Origin: Eledone cirrhosa
Lineage: Eukaryota
Direction of reading: 5' to 3'
Length of the DNA stretch: 64,000 nt
Assembly (NCBI GenBank): GCA_964016885.1
Contig: OZ024747.1
Span: 37,572,001 to 37,636,000 of the forward strand
Shown piece after piece: positions 61,283 to 64,000 of this stretch (within the stretch, counting starts at the first letter, position 1; each line of letters starts with the position of its first letter). A program made the translations under genes and the position numbers. Under the pieces are notes generated by a model. The model searched no databases, was not told the DNA's origin, and worked only from the letters and a program-made list of their open reading frames with translations.

Positions 61283-62134
61283 CAAGCAGCCGAAATAGGA
61301 TTCCTCTGAAGGATCATTGGAGTAACATTACTCGATAAAGAGTGTAGCTTGGAGATCAGAGAGTCACTCCAGGTAGAGCCGCCATTTCTCAGAATTGAAA
61401 GATCACAGCTCTGATATTATAGGTATGTGGTTAGAATCATCATCATCATCAATGTTTAATGTCTAAACGTTGATGATGATGATGATGATTCTAACCACAC
61501 TGGACAGATTTTACAGGCCAAAATAACTGGCAGAAGACCCAGGGGTAGACACCGAGCAAGATGGTTAGATAACACCCATGAGCTTAGCTGGTCATGCTTG
61601 GGGTTCCAGCCGGATCAGCTGGAGACGGTTGTTTCTGACAGGAGCCGCTGGAAGGAGTGTTTGAGGACTCTGCTCCCACAACCCTCTTAGGGATAAGTGG
61701 GCAAAGAAGAAGAACTGTGACCCTCACAAAGACCCTGGCAAAGAGGATCGCAAGACTTTAATAGCAGAACCCTGAGGACCATCGAGACTATCAGATGATA
61801 TCATCACATCTCCAACAAAGAACTACATGCAAGCAAATATCACCCACATCTCCCGTCTCATAGCCATCCACTACATCAGCTGGTATGGGCATGTCCTCTG
61901 TCTCCCACCAGGGCATGTTTCTCAGGGGAGAGGCTCTGCAGCAGACCTCGCACCAGATGGCTGGACATGATAACGGAAGATCTCTAGAGGCTTGATGTCA
62001 CCATGGAGGATGCAGAGGGGCTGGCACAGGCCCACCAGTAATGGAGGGCACTGGTGGACCGGGTCAGTTCTACACACAATGATGCTTCTAGAACCAATGA
62101 CCAGAATGACCCCAGACCCATTGAGCAAGAGTGA
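61283..62134 (+). mobile_element. Two adjacent 3' fragments of RTE-like LINEs
   Basis: QAAEIGFL..IIGVTLLDK..EIRESLQVEP..RRPRGR..RWLD ending in (gaa)3 near 61714; second fragment with WYGHVL. Confidence 0.65.
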
Positions 62135-62829
62135 TAGATAAATACCAATAGCATTGAGCTGGATTGATGCATTGAAAACAAACACATGAGCATACACAGT
62201 TGGTATTTTTTCAGCAGTGTGCTTCAAGTTTTTTCTGTATAGGAAGTTATTTAATCATCATCATCATTGTTTAACAACCATTTTCCATGCTAACAAGGGA
62301 CTGATGCATTCTATCGATGGCTCAGATAGGACAAGGGCTTGCATGTCACATGTTCTGCAGCCTACTAAGTGCATTTTATCATGGTACTAGCATAAGAGAG
62401 ACTGTCATGTCTCTGACATAGCTGAAAAGTCCTTCAATTACACTTTTGTCAGGTTTTCTACGGCTGGATATTGCATATCCTTCACGTCACCAGCGATTTT
62501 AAGGAGTGTACTAGATGCATTTATAAAGTAAATCATTAACACTAGAGAGTACCACTAAGATGCTTGTGGTAGGACAAGTATGAATCAATTGTATTCTATG
62601 TAGAGGCTGTATCTATTCAACTCTAAAAACAAATGGTAATGTTGGCAGCAGTGCAGATGTGTGTGATGGTCACATTTTTCCTGATGACAGTTAATATCTT
62701 AGGAATCCTCCTGGAAATGAAATCTAATATTCATTAAAGTGTACATGTCATATTCCATGCAGTAATATTAATATTATACTGTCACTATGCACTTAATCTC
62801 ATGCAATTAAATTAATCATGAAACATAAA

Positions 62830-63092
62830 GTTAGTTTGTCCATGATACATATACAGATAGTTTGACCATGATACATATAAAGATAGTTTGACCATGATAC
62901 ATATAAAGATAGTTTGACCATGATACATATACAGATAGTTTGACCATGATACATATAAAGATAGTTTGACCATGATACATATAAAGATAGTTTGACCACG
63001 ATACATATACAGATAGTTTGACCATGATACATATAAAGATAGTTTGACCATGATACATATAAAGATAGTTTGACCATGATACATATAAAGAT
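62830..63092. repeat. Minisatellite, 26-bp unit gatagtttgaccatgatacatata(a/c)a, 10 copies
   Basis: Direct read. Confidence 0.95.
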
Positions 63093-64000
63093 ATAAGCAT
63101 GACAATATTCTAAAGAAAAGTAATTGTTATAAGGACAAAGCTCAAAATTGTAAGAAAAGAAACATAGTTGAATTATCCACAATATATCAATGGTATTTAT
63201 TACCTGAACCCTGTGTGAATGAAAGGTGTAGTTAATCTTGGTAAGACTGGAACTTGAAATTTAGAAGAAAATAAACATTGCAAGCTATCTTATTTAATTT
63301 CTCTAGCATTTCTACCATGTTATTCACTGATGGCAATGATTTGTTTCTGTGTGTATGGATATGTGTGTATGTGTGTGTGTGTGTGTGTGTGTACGTGTTA
63401 AAATCAATTTACACACCAGTGAAGTTGTGGCTTAGTGGTAAGGGTGTTGGACTTACAATCATAATGTTGTGGGTTTGATTCCTGGACTAGGTTGTGTGTT
63501 GCATTCTTGAGCAAAACACTTTATTTCACATTGCTCCAGTATACTCAAATGAAAATTAGTACCAGCAATAGCTGAGGGTTTAACCCTGCAAAAACTGGGA
63601 TAAACACCAACCTGATGAGCCTCTGATGAGACAGAGTTTAGACTAAATTAAATCCCAACTATTGCAAGTATGGATTTCTATTCTCTGGTTGACAACAATG
63701 ATCACTGCAACCACCACCACCACCACTATCCACTACATACTTCTAATATTATGTTAGCCCTAATCAAACCACCAGACACAAAACTAGCTATAATATAAGC
63801 TAACCCCAAATCGATCACTAGCTTACTAACATACTTGCTATGCTTGCTATACTTGCTATGTCACATGATCTATCTTTTTACAAATTTTCTCTGGTATCAA
63901 ACCTATTGTGATATTAGAAAAAGAATAACAATCAAAATACTGTAAAATACATTGGAGAATTTTCCTTTGCAGACTAAAATGCTTCGAAGGCAATGTCGTT

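Noticed and set aside
61162-61285. N-terminal extension of ORF 60518-61285
   Set aside because: Lies upstream of a clear splice acceptor at the same position as in the paralog; intronic read-through.
62830-63092. CRISPR-like array or repetitive ORFs (62799-63182)
   Set aside because: Units are directly adjacent with no unique spacers, there are no cas genes and the context is eukaryotic; the ORFs are a by-product of a unit lacking stops on one strand.
63610-63650. Hammerhead ribozyme from two ctgatgag words
   Set aside because: No stem II followed by GAAA; lies at the end of a SINE-like repeat.

Overview
AT-rich eukaryotic (animal) genomic DNA. The SINE families and microsatellite load resemble octopus/cephalopod genomes (inference). 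Bases 1-37.4 kb are a nested transposon block: four copies of an L1/Tx1-type APE-RT LINE in two head-to-tail pairs joined by (ATT)n tracts (copy D, 31335-37412, has two uninterrupted ORFs), an R4/Dong-type RLE retrotransposon, three Helitrons and a Buster-type hAT relic. Bases 37.8-64 kb hold host coding sequence on the minus strand: a divergent Fem-1-like ankyrin gene plus a paralogous fragment, and two terminal exons of AADAC/NCEH1-like (HSL-family) esterases. These sit among SINEs, MITEs, a degenerate Ty3/Gypsy element and CRE/RTE relics. Main leads: (1) apparent (ATT)n-targeted, self-stacking Tx1-like LINEs with mosaic ORF1/ORF2, a conserved splice donor over the ORF1 stop and a possible partner SINE; (2) an intact esterase exon whose nucleophile Ser is replaced by Glu (GDEAG), next to a GESAG paralog in the same splice phase, possibly alternative last exons; (3) CTAG-TC chains of different Helitrons and many template-switch scars. 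Identity figures are by-eye estimates, not computed.
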